Assembly (NCBI GenBank): GCA_964016885.1
Contig: OZ024740.1
Location: forward strand, 211,048,001-211,112,000
DNA length: 64,000 bases
Source of the DNA: Eledone cirrhosa
Lineage: Eukaryota
Direction: 5' to 3'
Numbering within the stretch: the stretch's first letter is position 1; every line of letters starts with the position of its first letter. The notes below the pieces were generated by a model. It did no database searches. It was not told where the DNA came from and saw only the letters and a program-made list of their open reading frames with translations. Positions 1-11,541 of the stretch are shown one piece after another. Made by a program: the position numbers and the translations under genes.

Positions 1-863
1 GAACCTGCAGTATGTCAACAGGCAATCGAACCACCCCAGGTCAATCATAGAAGCAATAGTTAAAGGGGTATCAAAACGCGTATCTACCCTGTCGGCCAAC
101 GCAGACGTGTTTAAACAGCACGCCGAATACTATAATGAGGCACTGCACAGGACCGGTTACACAGATAGCATAGTGTATACCCCAGACAAGGAAGAGCCTA
201 GCGCCGAGGCATGCAGATACGGCAATAGCGGGGGCACTTCCATAGGTAGAAGAAATGACCCGGCACTAGTCTCTAAGAACACGAGTAGCAACACAGTTCA
301 CCTTAATAACACAGGACCGACAATAGGACGGAGGAAGGCACACATGGGAGCTAGACCACCCAGTACACATAGGCATGCGCCCGGCACACACACTATATGC
401 ATCGCGGTAACTGGGACTAGGGACAGGGTAACAAGTACGGCCGTGGTACCCGCTAGAGGGAACACGGTTTAACGCACCATACTCTAGGCATGTACGCACC
501 AACGTGCCAGGTCTTTTTTTCCAAGCGTTAGTCGAGTGCTTCCCGCCGTCGAACAAATACGACAAGATTTTTAACCGCCACACGGTGAAGTTTTCCTTCT
601 CCACAGCACCTAACATGGCAGACTACATGGCCAAAACCAACGCGGTAAAGATGGGGAACATCGACCGTAAACCACGGCGACAGAACGACCGTCTATCGGA
701 GCGTGGAGGACCCTTTGGGTACCAGCCTTCAAATAACCTGGCCCCGAGGCAGCCACCATGCCCGCGGAAGACGATACAATCCAACGCCAGGAGGGACCAA
801 AATAACCCAAGATGCATACCTGACTCTGCACGGGACCATAGGCAGGAACATCGCCTGAGCTAG
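1..863 (+). mobile_element. Penelope-like element, C-terminal part of RT ORF (frameshifted, runs off left edge)
   Basis: Frame 2 from base 2 reads NLQYVNRQSNHPRSIIEAIVKGVSKRVSTLSANADVFKQHAEYYNEALHRTGY. After a frameshift near 430-465 it reads RFNAPYSRHVRTNVPGLFFQALVECFPPSNKYDKIFNRHTVKFSFSTAPNM. These match PLE motifs YxxxxSNHP and WFNPPYS..KIFNRNTVKxSYSxxPN. Confidence 0.8.
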
Positions 864-1199
864 GACAGGTTGACCTGGGTTCCACGGTCACTCAGTCAAG
901 TACCTTACACCTATAGGACAACACACCTCAAACACAATGACATACCCCAATATGACTGGGCTACGGGCCCCCATGCATGTGTACCTTTTCAATCATGAAT
1001 ACATACTCTCCACGTACTCCATTTTGGAATACATATTATTTGTTCCGTACACAGACCTAAGTGTGCATCTCATACTCCCCATATGTAATATTTCACACGC
1101 ATACACATACCTTCTCCTTTCTCCTCTCTTTTTCTTATATATCTCTATGTGACATTATATGCATATTTTAATATATTGTATATTTATTTTATTGTTTTT

Positions 1200-1551
1200 A
1201 TATGTGTGTATATCCGTAGGCGTGTGTGTACGTAGATATATATGTGTGTATATATGTGTGTCATCATCATCATCATCAACATCATCGTTTAACGTCCATT
1301 TTCCACGCTAGCATGATGTGTATATATATATATATATATATATGTTACGTGAATGTGTATGGATGTATTGTATATATATTTTATTGTATATTTATTTTAC
1401 TGTTGCTTTTATATGTGTAAGCGTATGTGTGTATATACGTATATATATATGTGTATATATATATATATAGATATATATATGTATATATGTGTGTGTGTAT
1501 ATATATGGGTGTGTATGTGTGTGTATATATATATATGTGTGTGTATGTGTA

Positions 1552-1617
<66 letters not shown>

Positions 1618-2103
1618 CACACATATATATACACATATATATATACACACACATACATACACATCTATAAAAAAAACCTACAATATACTAAAATATACAT
1701 CTAACTTCATCCATTAAAAGATGTATCTCGTACTAAACATGCACATATGTATCTGTATATAGACATATACATTCATTTATTTTTCTATTTATTTATTTAT
1801 GTGTATATGTATGCATGTATGTGTATAGATGTATGTATTTGGTTACATTGTTTATATTTGTGCATGTATAACAAGATGCATCCTTTCATGGATGACCCTG
1901 TATGACCTTTTGTGCAGATTTATATGACTGAGTATATCACATTTGAGTACGGACAGATATATGTATGCGTGTATGTATCTTTGTAGATGTACGTGGGCGC
2001 GTATTTGTTTGAATGTATATGAGCCAGAGCGTGTGTGTGTGTGTTTGTACGTGCACCTAACTTAGGGTATGGGATTGTTGTGGATGCGTTTATGTGTGTA
2101 CAT

Positions 2104-2147
<44 letters not shown>

Positions 2148-2480
2148 CTGGGAGCTTGTCTGTCTTTGTGCCTCTCTATACGGACAGGCATGTGCATGTA
2201 TATGTCTGTACGTGTTTATGTATATGAGTAGATGTACGCATACGCATGTGTGCGCGTGCGTGTGAGAGCTGATGTACGAGGGCTTGTAGGCAGGCATCTG
2301 TGGACACGCATGTTGTTATTTATATGGTCGTGGGCGCGTGTGTGTGTATGTGAGTATGTGTGTGTATGTATATGGGTGTGTATATATACATATGTGTGTA
2401 TATATATATATGTATGTATACAAATGTGTGTGTATATGTATGTATGTGTGTGTGCATGTGTGTGTATATGTGTGTGGGAG
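1200..2480. repeat. Compound (TA)n/(TG)n/(CA)n microsatellite region
   Basis: Directly visible; source of the YIYI/CVCV ORFs. Confidence 0.95.
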
Positions 2481-2728
2481 TGGACTTGTGAAATACCAAA
2501 CCCAACATGAATTCATTGAAGTGTGTCGGACGGAGAGTAGCTGATGGGCAGTGTGGCAGCAACTATTGATAAGAATTTATGATGACGTAGAAAAACAACA
2601 GCCAACAGCAGGACAAACGAGGAAGATGTTTTTTTAAGCTAACACCCCAGTGAGAAAATTTGTTCCGAAATTATTGCCAGTGTCCAAAGAACCTGCAGTT
2701 CTGGAATCAGGCAGATCCATACAATGAT

Positions 2729-2768
2729 CGTGTCTCGAGCTGTCTGCTGGCGAAACAATTGTAACACG
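2729..2768 (+). ncRNA. Degenerate minimal type I hammerhead ribozyme (probable 3' pLTR of the PLE at 1-863)
   Basis: Stem I CGTGT/ACACG. Core CTCGA looks like CTGACGA with 2 nt lost. Short stem II, then GAAAC-AATT-GTA. A (TA)n tract follows at about 2810. Confidence 0.55.
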
Positions 2769-2943
2769 CAATAAATTGAGTCCAGATGCATCACTGATTT
2801 TTCGTTTTATATTATATATATAAATCACCTTGACCGACCAGTCTGTCGGGCGTCCATTCAGCGCCGCTGGTCACAGCACACCGTCCATTCCTCATCCATG
2901 TATTCCCAATCGTATTCTTAAAATACACCAGCGATGTCGAAAC

Positions 2944-3086
2944 TCATTTCTACAGCTGAGGAAAACAGAAACAACGTGAAATACAGAATTCTGCTCAAAC
3001 ACAACACATCACCTGGTTCAGGTATCGAACTCACAACCTCAGAATTGCAAGCCCAACGTTCTAACCACTAAACCACGCACCTTCAC
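2944..3086 (-). mobile_element. tRNA-derived SINE 5' part with CORE-like domain
   Basis: Minus strand has TGGTTTAGTGGTTAG (A box) and GAGTTCGATACC (B box); similar to 53127-53262. Confidence 0.7.
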
Positions 3087-3269
3087 ATATTAACTATAAT
3101 GTAGTAAAAAGAACTGCTATACAAATAAAGTTGTCTATTATATGTTCTACTACATGTGAATATTTCAAGTTATTTGTTATAATAAATCTCATCTGCATCC
3201 GTGTATATTAAATCAATTTATCTACATTGTAGCGGTTGCGAGCTTTACTGTGCAGTCTGGAAACAGCGC

Positions 3270-4152
3270 CAAACCGCCTCTCGATTAAGTACGAGCTTGG
3301 AAAAGGTAGAGCAAATCTCTTAGCCTCTGCATGTAAGAGTGGAAATCAATGCTGAATTTCCTCTTGCATCCCCAAAAAGGGTTCACCTATTTTGGAAAAT
3401 CTAATTTTGATAATGTCATCTGTTTGAAGTTCAATGAATTCTTCCTGAAATTTAACGTCCAAATCATCGACGTTGGCTATGAAGGGATCTGCTATCCACA
3501 TTGGGATGTCCATCTGCAAAAGGTCGACAAACCGTTCTCTCATGTTGTCTTGTAGCGCTTGGAGATGAAAAGTATAAATTTGGAGTTGGTTATCGTTCAC
3601 AATGTTTTGAACATTGGCGACACTAGGAAAATTATAGAATTCCCGTCAACAAAGATTCCTTTCGATGACATTCAATTTGGTCAGGAATGTTTTCACAGCA
3701 TTCCTTGCTTTAAGCAAGGTGATCTTCTCTCCCTTCAAAGCCATAATGAGGCTATTGCATTTGCTGAAGATGTCGGCGAGGTAGGCAGTCTTGCCTCATA
3801 TCGAGAGCTTTCTTGTACAATTCTGTGAAACTCAATGATAGAGTCGAACAGTTCAAAGAAGCAAGTTGAAAGCCACCTCACTTCAGTATAAAGGAACAAC
3901 TCGATGAATTCTTCATCATTATCTTGGCACAGTTGCCGGAAATTTCATTCATTGAGGGCATTTCGTTTGATAAAATTAATTACATCAATGGCCACCTGCA
4001 AGGACTTGCCCAGCGGCACGCTGAGTTTCTTCGCAGCCAAGTGTTGTTGATGAATGACACAATGAACAGCAAATACAGATGAATTTTCTCTCTTCAGAAG
4101 ACTGACAAAACCCTTATGTTGGCCGACCATTGCTCTTGCGCTGTCCGTAGCT
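3270..4152 (-). pseudogene. hAT (Charlie/Buster, ZBED/SCAND3-like) transposase fragment
   Basis: TDSARAMVGQHKGFVSLLKRE..VHCVIHQQHLAAKKL..VINFIKRNALN..LYTEVRWLS..WIADPF..LQEE-like motifs, with frameshifts and stops. Confidence 0.85.
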
Positions 4153-4161
4153 CATGATACA

Positions 4162-4365
4162 ATGTGTGTTGTATGTGGTCCTAGATGTATGTATTACCTG
4201 CCTGTGTGTTGTATGTGGTCCCAGATGTGTGTGCTACCTGCTTATGCATTGCATGTGGTCACAGCTGTATGTATTACCTGCTTGTGTATTTTATATAGTC
4301 CTACATGTATGTATTACCTGCTTATGTGTTGTATGTGGTCCTAGATGTGTGTGCTACCCGCTGCT
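4162..4365. repeat. About 40-bp minisatellite, about 5 copies
   Basis: Unit approximately atgtgttgtatgtggtcctagatgtatgtattacctgctt. Confidence 0.85.
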
Positions 4366-4822
4366 GTGTTTTTTCTTTTCTGTTTTCCTTATCCTTTTTT
4401 TATTTGTAATATTATTTATACAATAGGGAATAAAGTAGATCTACATAGTGTTATCTCGTTGCGGTTGAGTCAATAATTTCAGACACGAGATACATTGTTA
4501 TTGGTGAAGGAGAAACAAAATTCTAATAGGCTGCGCTCAAAGTGTCCTTGACCCAGTTGACTGTGGGTTTTTCTACTTTTAGGATCTCAATTGCCGGTTA
4601 ATGTCTAGACACGCCTACACACCTGCTCGCAGCTGCAGTCAGACCATAATTATGTTGTCTGCATGCTCATTCAAATGCATTCACACTGGGTGTCTCAGAG
4701 ACATACAAATATGGCTTATAAAACTTACCAAAGTAAAGAGCCTTCCAGCGCCCCCCTAAGCTCCAAACGTACCCTTGCTCCAAAACGCCCCCACCCACTA
4801 GAGCTCTGAAACTCCTCTGTAG

Positions 4823-5249
4823 AATCTCAGATTATAGGAATGGAGTACAAGTGCAGAGTCTCAGATAATAGGAATGGAGTACAAATGTAGAGTCTCAGAT
4901 TATAGGAATGGAGTACAAGTGTACAGATTATAGGAGTGGAGTACAAGTGTAGAGTCTCAGATTATAGGAGTGGAGTACAAGTGTAGAGTTTCAGATAATA
5001 GGAGTGGAGTACAAGTGTAGAGTCTCAGATAATAGAGTGGAGTACAAGTGTAGAGTCTCAGATTATAGGAGTGGAGTACAAGTGTAGAGTCTCAGATAAT
5101 AGGAGTGGAGTACAAGTGTAGAGTCTCGTAATAGGAGTGAAGTACAAGTGTAGAGTCTCAGATTATAGGAGTGGAGTACAAGTATAGAGTCTCAGACTAT
5201 AGGAATGAAGTACAAGTTGTAGAGCCTCAGATTATAGGAGTGGAGTACA
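4823..5249. repeat. 34-bp minisatellite, about 12 copies
   Basis: Unit tctcagattataggagtggagtacaagtgtagag. Confidence 0.95.
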
Positions 5250-5723
5250 GTTTACCTACAAATAACCTAGAAACGCTGTATGTCAGTTGGTGCCCTTACG
5301 AGTCCCTCAGAAGTTACGGGACTATGCATGTTACTAAATCATTGCTTGATGTTCAGAGTTAAATACCTCAGTTCTGTACAATGCTCAGCTACTGTTATTA
5401 TTATAGTCATCATAATTACATTTGATTTATTTTCAAAACTATTTATTACAAGAGCTCACTATTTAGCTGTGTAAATTACACATTGACTTAAAGGTTATCA
5501 TAGATTAAATAGATATGTCTGATGGGAAATGTTCCCATAGCAACAATGGAGAGATTAGATAAGATCTGAGAGTCAGAAAAGCAATGGTAAAAAAAGAAAA
5601 GAAAAATGAAAATGGAGAGAATATTAAGAGCTAAAAATACTGTATGAAGATTGAATGAACAGTTTAGTCACATGCATAGTAATGTCTAAATCTGAAACAC
5701 CACAACTCTTTCATATGCAATAA

Positions 5724-5752
<29 letters not shown>

Positions 5753-5754
<2 letters not shown>

Positions 5755-6345
5755 CATCATCATCATCATTTTACGTTGATTCTTCCACGCTAGCATGGGG
5801 TAGACAGGTTGTCATGTGAGCAATGCCAAGTCAGGTGACCATGCCTTGCTCATACATAGCTGATTTTGGTTTGATTTATACAGTTGGATACCCTTCCTAA
5901 CACCAACCTCATTTACAGTGAGTGCTGAGTGCTTTTTTTTCCATGACGCCTACATGACCACTTTACAGTGTGAGCTGGGTGCTTTTTTTATCATGACACC
6001 TACACGACCACTAAACAGTGAGAGTGGAGTGGGGGCATACTGTCTATATGCTTCAGCGTCGGCTTGTACCTGTGGGAAGTCGGGTCTTCTGTATTACTGT
6101 GTAATGCCAGAGGTCTCGGTCCTGTGTCATTGCCTTTGAGAGGTGCAATTGAGCAAGATCAGCTTTTATCACCTCATCCCAGGTCTTCTTGGGTCTCCAC
6201 ACTCCAAGGCCTCCATTGACTTTTAGTGTTCTGTACCTTATTATGCAGCTGTCATCCTTCATTCACATCACATGTCCAAACCAACGTAATCTCCTCTCCT
6301 GCACACAGCATTTGATACCACTTATGCTTAGTCTCTCTCTCTCCA
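5753..6345 (-). mobile_element. RTE LINE 3' end with SINE-shared 3' UTR and (GAT)n tail
   Basis: LSISGIKCCVQERRLRWFGHVM..RPKKTWDEVIKADL..DRDLWHYTVIQKTR; bounded by (TA)n tracts on both sides. Confidence 0.85.
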
Positions 6346-6366
6346 TTTGTTTATGCTTTGCTGTTC

Positions 6367-6449
<83 letters not shown>

Positions 6450-6704
6450 CGTTTCTGAATTTGTTTAGCAAGATTCTTTATCTGAAAACGTGTGTTGAAA
6501 CCGATATTGTTATACTTTGGGAGGGTCATGTTGCCAGTAAGAAACGATGCAATGATGCAACAATCGTTGCTAAACACTGTACGGCTTAATTCGGGATGTT
6601 TGTTTACAAACAAACCGAGCATTATAATAAATGTTCGGTAAATCCATACGTACATATATATATGTGTGCATGTCTGTATACATATATGTATGTACGTATA
6701 CATA

Positions 6705-6745
<41 letters not shown>

Positions 6746-6749
<4 letters not shown>

Positions 6750-8368
6750 TCATCATCAGGTTTAGCGTCCGTGTTCCATGCTTGCATGGGTTTGGACGGG
6801 GGTTTTCCCACTTGAAGCAAGAGTGGTTGTCTTGCTCGCATAGGACTGTCTGGCGGGTTTTCTACAGCTGGATGCCCTTCCTAACACCAACCACATTTAC
6901 AGTGTGGGGCTGGGAGGTTTTTACCGTGTTGCCTACACGGCCACATTACAGCGTGGACTGTCTGGCGGGTTTTCTACAGCTGGATGCCCTTCCTAACACC
7001 AACCACATTTACAGTGTGGGGCTGGGAGGTTTTTACCGTGTTGCCTACACGGCCACATTTACAGCGTGGAGTGTGTGTTTTTTTGTCGTGACACCTACAC
7101 GATCTCATTTGTTTCGGCCTGGATGTTTTGGGACCAACATAACTTTACATTGAAAGGGGCGGTGTGGATGGGGTGGAGGTGGTGGGACGGGGGTGTGTTT
7201 TGATAGAGATGCCTACTGACTGTAGTAGGTTTTTACTTTGTATTTAGGTAAGGCGGGTCTTCTCTATTACTGAGTACCGCCAAAGGTCTCGGTCTAGTGA
7301 CATTGTGTTGGAGAGGTATAAGCGTGTGAGGTCGGAATTTATCATGTCGTCCCAGGTTTTTCTGGGTCTGCCTACTCCGTGGCTACCGTCTATCTTTATT
7401 GCCCTGCACTTTGTTATACAGCTGTCGTCTTTCATGCGCATCACGTGACTGTACCAACGTAGCCTTCTCTCGAGTAAACAACATCTGATCCCTCTTATTT
7501 CTAATTTTTTCCTTAGTTCCTTATGCTTAGCCGTTCACGTATATTACTATTGCACATCCAGCGGAGCATGCAAGCTTCGTTCCTCTCTAGTCTGCGTATA
7601 TCCTCTGCACACAATGCCCAGGTCTCACTGCCATGCAGCATTGCTGTTCGTATGCAGGCATCGTATAACCTGCCTTTCATTTTTAGGGAGAACCCTCTAG
7701 CGGCTAATAGTGGTATAAGCTCTCTGAACTTTTTCCATCCAGTTCTGACTCTAGCTACTGTACTTTCAGAGCACCCTCCCCCACTGCTGATTTTGTCACC
7801 CAGGTAACGGAAGCTGTCCACTATTTCTATAGAACCCTCTGCGCAATTGAAAGAGCTAATATTTAGTGGGCACTTGCTGCTACTTATTGCACCAGAGCAC
7901 CGGCCACATGTAAAATCTATGTTCTTAGTTAGCTTACCTGTGATCCCACTACATCTTTTATGCACCCATACTTTGCATTTAGGACATAAAATGGAGTTTC
8001 TACCTACGCCTTTCCTACACACTGAGCATGGCCATTTCCCGGAAGGGACCGCCGCCCTATTTTCTTTCCTACAAACTAGAACTTTAGTCTTAGCCAGGTT
8101 AATTTTAAGGCCTTTTGATTCTAGGCCATGCTTCCATGTTTGGAATTTCTTCTCTAGTTCGGTCATTGAGCTATGAGCGTTAGATCATCTGCATATAGGA
8201 GTTCCCATGGGCAGCCGGTCTTGAACTCCTCTGTTATAGCCTGAAGGGCAATAATAAATAGTAGGGGGCTAAGAACAGAGCCCTGATGGACACCAACTTT
8301 TACGCTAAACTCTTCACTATATTCGTTGTTAATTCTAACCTTACTTACTGTTTCTTTATACATGGCTT
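6746..8368 (-). mobile_element. 5'-truncated RTE-clade LINE (RT with PHD-like finger, frameshifted) plus 3' UTR
   Basis: [33 protein letters not shown]4HC3 finger..FRYLG..MLHGSETW..RLRWYSHVMR..GRPRKTW; (GAT)n tail; (TA)n on both sides. Confidence 0.93.
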
Positions 8369-8382
8369 ATATATATATATAT

Positions 8383-11055
8383 AGGAGGAAGTTATAGTTC
8401 ACTTGAAGCATTGTGTAATGAGGTATAAACGTTTGTATATGTATAATAAAGCCAAAACAATGCAGGTATGGACATAGAATAAAGAATGCAAATGCAAAAG
8501 ATATTGTTGACAATTAGTCTTTTACCTTAGATTTATTTAAATGTCCTTAATTTTCGAGATAATGTCTGTTCTTCGGAGGGAAGTAAAGCGGTTAAACCAG
8601 TGTTCTAAATAGCTTGCCAAGTCATGCTGACAGGAAATGGTATAGAATATCTGTTCTATCTCTAATGTCAAAGAGTTAAGGTTAGGTGGATAAAGAGTAA
8701 TCTCCCTTTAAAAGGTTTTTTTTTTGTACATGCCTGTTTAAGTGTGTGGTAGAATGTGTGAGGTGTAAGTATGTGTGTGTGTGAGAAGATATGTCTATAC
8801 GTATATGTGGGGGATAGATGTTATCTCATGTTAGAACTGGTCTTTGTGTGTGTATATGTGTGTGTGAGAGAGAATAAGTGGAGGTGTAAGTGTGTGTGTG
8901 TGGGGGGGGGGTAAATATGGGGCTAGATGCTATATCAAATTATAAATTGGGTGTTGAGTTCTAGTCTATTATTGATTGGTGGTTGTGTTTTGTCTATAAT
9001 TAGTGCTTCCTTAATTCTAAGATTGCTGAGGTTTCTTTCCTTAGTTTCTATCCTAACTGTTATGGTTTTGTCAGTGTTTTTGCATTTAACTAGGTGTTTC
9101 TTAAATGAGGAAGCGTTAGTATTGAGGTGTTCTTTTATTCTTATGTGGAGTGGTCTGGTGGTGCTACCTACGTAGAAGTTGCTGCATTTGTCACACTCTA
9201 ATCTGTATACGACATAAGCCTGGTGGCATAGGTGTGTGTTGTTGATGGGGCAGTTGGCTAGCCTGCAGCGGCTGTCATGTCTGGTGGAGTGTCTTTTGGT
9301 TAGCTGTCCGCGTAGAGAAGGACCTGAGTGGGCCAGTTGGATATCTAGTCCCTCTCGTCTGATAGCTCTGTGGATGGCTGTTGTTGTTTCGTCACTGAAG
9401 TGTGGGAGCTTCAGGAAGCAAGTGTTAGTGCCTCGGGTATGCTGTCCTCTGTTCTTTCTGGCACAGTTTGTGGTGGATGTCGTGTATCCGTTCAGTTTGA
9501 GTACTTCCAGGAAATGTGTGGTGTGTGTCTCGGTCTCTAGCGTCGGTGCATTTGTTCCGGATACGTGTTAGTTCGTTCCTTATGTATCCGAACTTAGCGC
9601 TGGCTGGGAGGGCCGATCTGAAATGTACGAACGGGCCCTGCTGGCGGCTTTTTTATAGAAGCAAGTGTGGATGTTGCCTTCCTCTGTTACACTGAGTTGG
9701 AAGTCCAGTAGGGATAGGGATCCGCGGTCATCAGGGTGTTCCATGCTGAACTTTATACTGGCGTCCATGCTGGAGAATGTTGTGTATATTTTATCCGCCT
9801 CCTCACGGGATGATGTAAGGATGAGTATGTCATCTACATATCGGGTGAAGAAGGTATGGGAATGGCAGGTGTTGAGGGCTCGGCATTCTAGCTGGTTCAT
9901 ATAGGTGATGGCCAGCAGGCCCGATAGGCTGGATCCCATGGGTAATCCTGTTGTCTGTCTGTATGTGTGGTGGTGAAAGGTGAAGTACGTGTTGTCCACT
10001 GTGAAGGACAAAAGCTGGTGTATGTCCGTCGGAAGGAGGCCGTAGCAGTGGATGTCCTCTGCGACCATGCAGTCCGTCAACAAATCGACAGCTGGATGAG
10101 CGGGGACTGTAGTGTAGAGGGAGACAACGTCGAGGCTAAAGGCGTATCTATTTAATTTAAGTTGTTCTGGCTGGAGTTGGTGTAGTCTACGTATGACTTC
10201 GTCGGAGCTACTGACGTGCCCGGGAAAGGTGGAGAGTAGAGGCTTGAGGACCTGGGAGAGGAGCCAGGAAATTTTGTATAGGGTTCTTCTATACTAGAGA
10301 TGATGGGTCTTATTTGTGTCTTAGTACTATTCTTGTGGGTCTTGATGAGGTGGTAGAAAGTGGGCAGTCTGCTATTTCTAGTGGTGTAGTGGAGCTTAAC
10401 TTTATTTGGGAGTTGCCTTCTCTTACAGATGTCGAACCAGATGGAGTTGGTCTGTTTTTCGATCTGGGCTGCAGTCATGTCCGGGATCTCTGTTCAAAGG
10501 CTAGGTTGTTGTATGTGGCTTGAGAGATGACGCAAAACTCTTTACCTTTGTCGGATGGTACGTATATAAGTTCCCTATTCCGTAGGTTCTTCAGGGCGAG
10601 TTGTTGTGTCCTGGAGAGGTTTGGGGCTATCTTCTGTTTCCGTAAGATGTTAAATACGGAATGTTTTAGCCTTGAGAGTTTTTCTTCAAGCTCGCGGTTG
10701 GCAGGCGGTGGACAGAGTGGGCGATCCAGTTGGTATATCGGGAATCTGGGTTTGTTAGGTTCCGTAGTGTTGTTGCCGAGAGTCTTTATCCACCTAACCT
10801 TAACTCTTTGACATTAGAGATAGAACAGATACTCTATACCATTTCCTGTCAGCATGACTTGGCAAGCTATTTAGAACACTGGTTTAACCGCTTTACTTCC
10901 CTCCGAAGAAGAGATATTATCTCAAAAATTAAGGACATTTAAATAAATCTAAGGTAAAAGACTAATTGTCAACAATATCTTTTGCATTTGCATTCTTTAT
11001 TCTATGTCCATACCTGCATTGTTTTGGCTTTATTATACATATACAAACGTTTATA
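8383..11055 (-). mobile_element. Penelope-like retroelement (RT + C-terminal GIY-YIG), 5'-truncated, with inverted pLTR
   Basis: Disrupted ORF about 10782 to 8935: PTFYHLIKTHK..IRPIISS; YRQTTGLPMGSSLS..FTRYVDDI..SLSLLDF; YVVYRLECDKCSNFYVGSTTRPLHIRIKEH..LRIKEALII. 8424-8696 is repeated in inverted orientation at 10783-11055. Both ends abut (TA)n. Confidence 0.93.
8544..8580 (-). ncRNA. Minimal hammerhead-like motif in PLE pLTR
   Basis: Minus strand CCT-CCGAAGA-ACAGACATTATCTC-GAAA-ATTA-AGG. Other copies lie at about 10900-10935 (GAAA mutated) and 11297-11332. Confidence 0.55.
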
Positions 11056-11070
11056 TATATATATATATAT

Positions 11071-11452
11071 GGAGGAGGTTATAGTTCACTTGAAGCATTG
11101 TGTAATGAGGTATAAACGTTAGAATATGTGTAATAAGGCCAAGACAATGCAGATATGGACATAGAAAAAAGAATGCAATAGTGAGAGATATTGATGAGAA
11201 TTCGTCTTTCACCTTGAATTTATTTAAATGTCCTTAATTTTCGAGATAATATCTCTTCATTGGAAATTTAAGACGCTGGTCTGAGACTTTTACTTCCCTC
11301 CGAAGAAGAGATATTATCTCGAAAATTAAGGACATTTAAATAAATTCAAGGTGAAAGACGAATTCTCATCAATATCTCTCACTATTGCATTCTTTTTTCT
11401 ATGTCCATATCTGCATTGTCTTGGCCTTATTACACATATTCTAACGTTTATA
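11071..11452 (-). mobile_element. pLTR-only palindromic PLE derivative
   Basis: 148-bp perfect inverted arms at 11111-11258 and 11305-11452, plus a 40-bp one-sided tail homologous to 8383-8423; (TA)n on both sides. Confidence 0.9.
11297..11332 (+). ncRNA. Minimal hammerhead-like motif (CCGAAGA core variant)
   Basis: CCT-CCGAAGA-A-GAGAT-ATT-ATCTC-GAAA-ATTA-AGG; 5-bp stem II and palindromic AATT stem III. Confidence 0.6.
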
Positions 11453-11541
11453 TATATATATATATATATATATTACATTAGGAATGAATCAAAGTTGTAG
11501 TTGCCATATAGCAGGTACTAATCAAGTATATATATTATATA

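Noticed and set aside
1226-2562. Many 60-125 aa ORFs rich in YI/CV/HT
   Set aside because: They are translations of dinucleotide microsatellites.
6746-8153. Segmental duplication with 51500-52792
   Set aside because: Similarity is confined to the RTE element and the 5' truncation points differ, so these are independent insertions.
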